Shown here in pieces: positions 62,700 through 64,000 of a stretch of 64,000 nucleotides of DNA. The notes beneath the pieces were generated by a model that had not been told where the DNA came from, searched no databases, and was given only the letters and a program-made list of their open reading frames with translations. Made by a program: the position numbers and the translations under genes. Within the stretch, counting starts at the first letter, position 1. Every line of letters begins with the position of its first letter. The stretch comes from Macrostomum lignano (lineage: Eukaryota): assembly GCA_002269645.1 (NCBI GenBank), contig NIVC01000033.1, positions 547,335-611,334 on the forward strand, read 5' to 3'.

Positions 62700-64000
62700 C
62701 TACAATCTAAATCCTATATGTAGAATCCAAATTCCACAGATCTAGAATCCAGATCCCACAGATCTAGAATCCAGATCCCACAGATCTAGAATCCAAATCC
62801 CACAGATCTAGAATCCAAATCCCACAGATCTAGAATCCAAATCCCACAGATCTAGAATCCAGATCCCACAGATCTAGAATCCAAATCCCACAGATCTAGA
62901 ATCTAAATCCCTCAGATCTAGAATCCAAATCCCACAGATCTAGAATCCAAATCCCACAGATCTAGAATCCAAATCCCACAGATCTAGAATCCAAATCCCA
63001 CAGATCTAGAATCCAAATCCCACAGATCTAGAATCCAAATCCCACAGATCTAGAATCCAAATCCCACAGATCTAGAATCCAAATCCCACAGATCTAGAAT
63101 CCAGATCCCACAGATCTAGAATCCAGATTCCACAGATCTAGAATCCAGATTCCACAGATCTAGAATCCAGATCCCACAGATCTAGAATCCAAATCCCACA
63201 GATCTAGAATCCAGATTCCACAGATCTAGAATCCAAATCCCACCGATCTAGAATCCAAATCCCACCGATCTAGAATCCAGATTCCACAGATCTAGAATCC
63301 AGATCCCACAGATCTAGAATCCAAATCTCACAGATCTAGAATCCAGATTCCACAGATCTAGAATCCAGATCCCACAGATCTAGAATCCAAATCCCACAGA
63401 TCTAGAATCCAGATCCCACAGATCTAGAATCCAGATTCCACAGATCTAGAATCCAAATCCCACAGATCTAGAATCCAAATCCCACAGATCTAGAATCCAA
63501 ATCCCACAGATCTAGAATCCAAACCTCACAGATCTAGAATCCAAATCCCACAGATCTAGAATCCAGATTCCACAGATCTAGAATCCAGATCCCACAGATC
63601 TAGAATCCAAATCCCACAGATCTAGAATCCAAATCCCACAGATCTAGAATCCAAATCCCACAGATCTAGAATCCAGATCCCACAGATCTAGAATCCAGAT
63701 TCCACAGATCTAGAATCCAAACCTCACAGATCTAGAATCCAGATTCCACAGATCTAGAATCCAAACCTCACAGATCTAGAATCCAGATCCCACAAAACAA
63801 AAATTTGAGTCCCGTATCTAGAATCCAGATCCTACAGTAAAGATCTAAAATCTAAATCCCATATCTACAATCCAGATCCCACAGATTTAAAATCCAGATC
63901 CCACAGATCTAAAATCTAAATCTCATATCTACAATCCAGATCCCATATTTAGAATCCAGATCCCACAGATCTAAAATCTAAATCCCATATCTACAATCCA
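62700..64000. repeat. 22-bp minisatellite GATCTAGAATCCAAATCCCACA in an SBNO intron
   Basis: Tandem units to the end of the window. Confidence 0.95.

Overview
Eukaryotic (metazoan) genomic DNA: GC-rich spliced exons lie in AT-rich introns packed with minisatellites and transposon debris. This style suggests a free-living flatworm such as Macrostomum (inference only). I rebuilt exon chains by hand using GT/AG sites and phase continuity. They give seven genes. (1) A p120/delta-catenin-family ARM gene ending in DSWV (+, 602-13393). (2) A ZNF474-like C2HC zinc-finger gene whose 5' part is tandemly duplicated (about 3.02 kb unit, 16248-22297). (3) A secreted mucin-like/TSP1-repeat protein with a duplicated exon cassette (-, 28215-30986). 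(4) WDR12 (-, 32760-34944). (5) An unrecognised 4-exon gene (-, 39890-45057). (6) A 1471-aa protein fusing about 23 ankyrin repeats to a Mab-21/cGAS-like nucleotidyltransferase with an intact-looking catalytic triad (-, 46155-50997). The ORF track shows it as three separate ORFs. It is the most interesting item: a candidate ankyrin-gated cGAS-like receptor (cGLR). (7) The 5' part of strawberry notch (+, from 60708). Mobile DNA includes a truncated Mag-like gypsy element, a deleted mariner, a PPT-LTR-PBS remnant, two LINE fragments and a LINE-3'/SINE-like insertion, several MITEs with verified TSDs, and a 57-bp micro-MITE. No rRNA, tRNA or CRISPR array was found. The many long repetitive ORFs are minisatellite artefacts.
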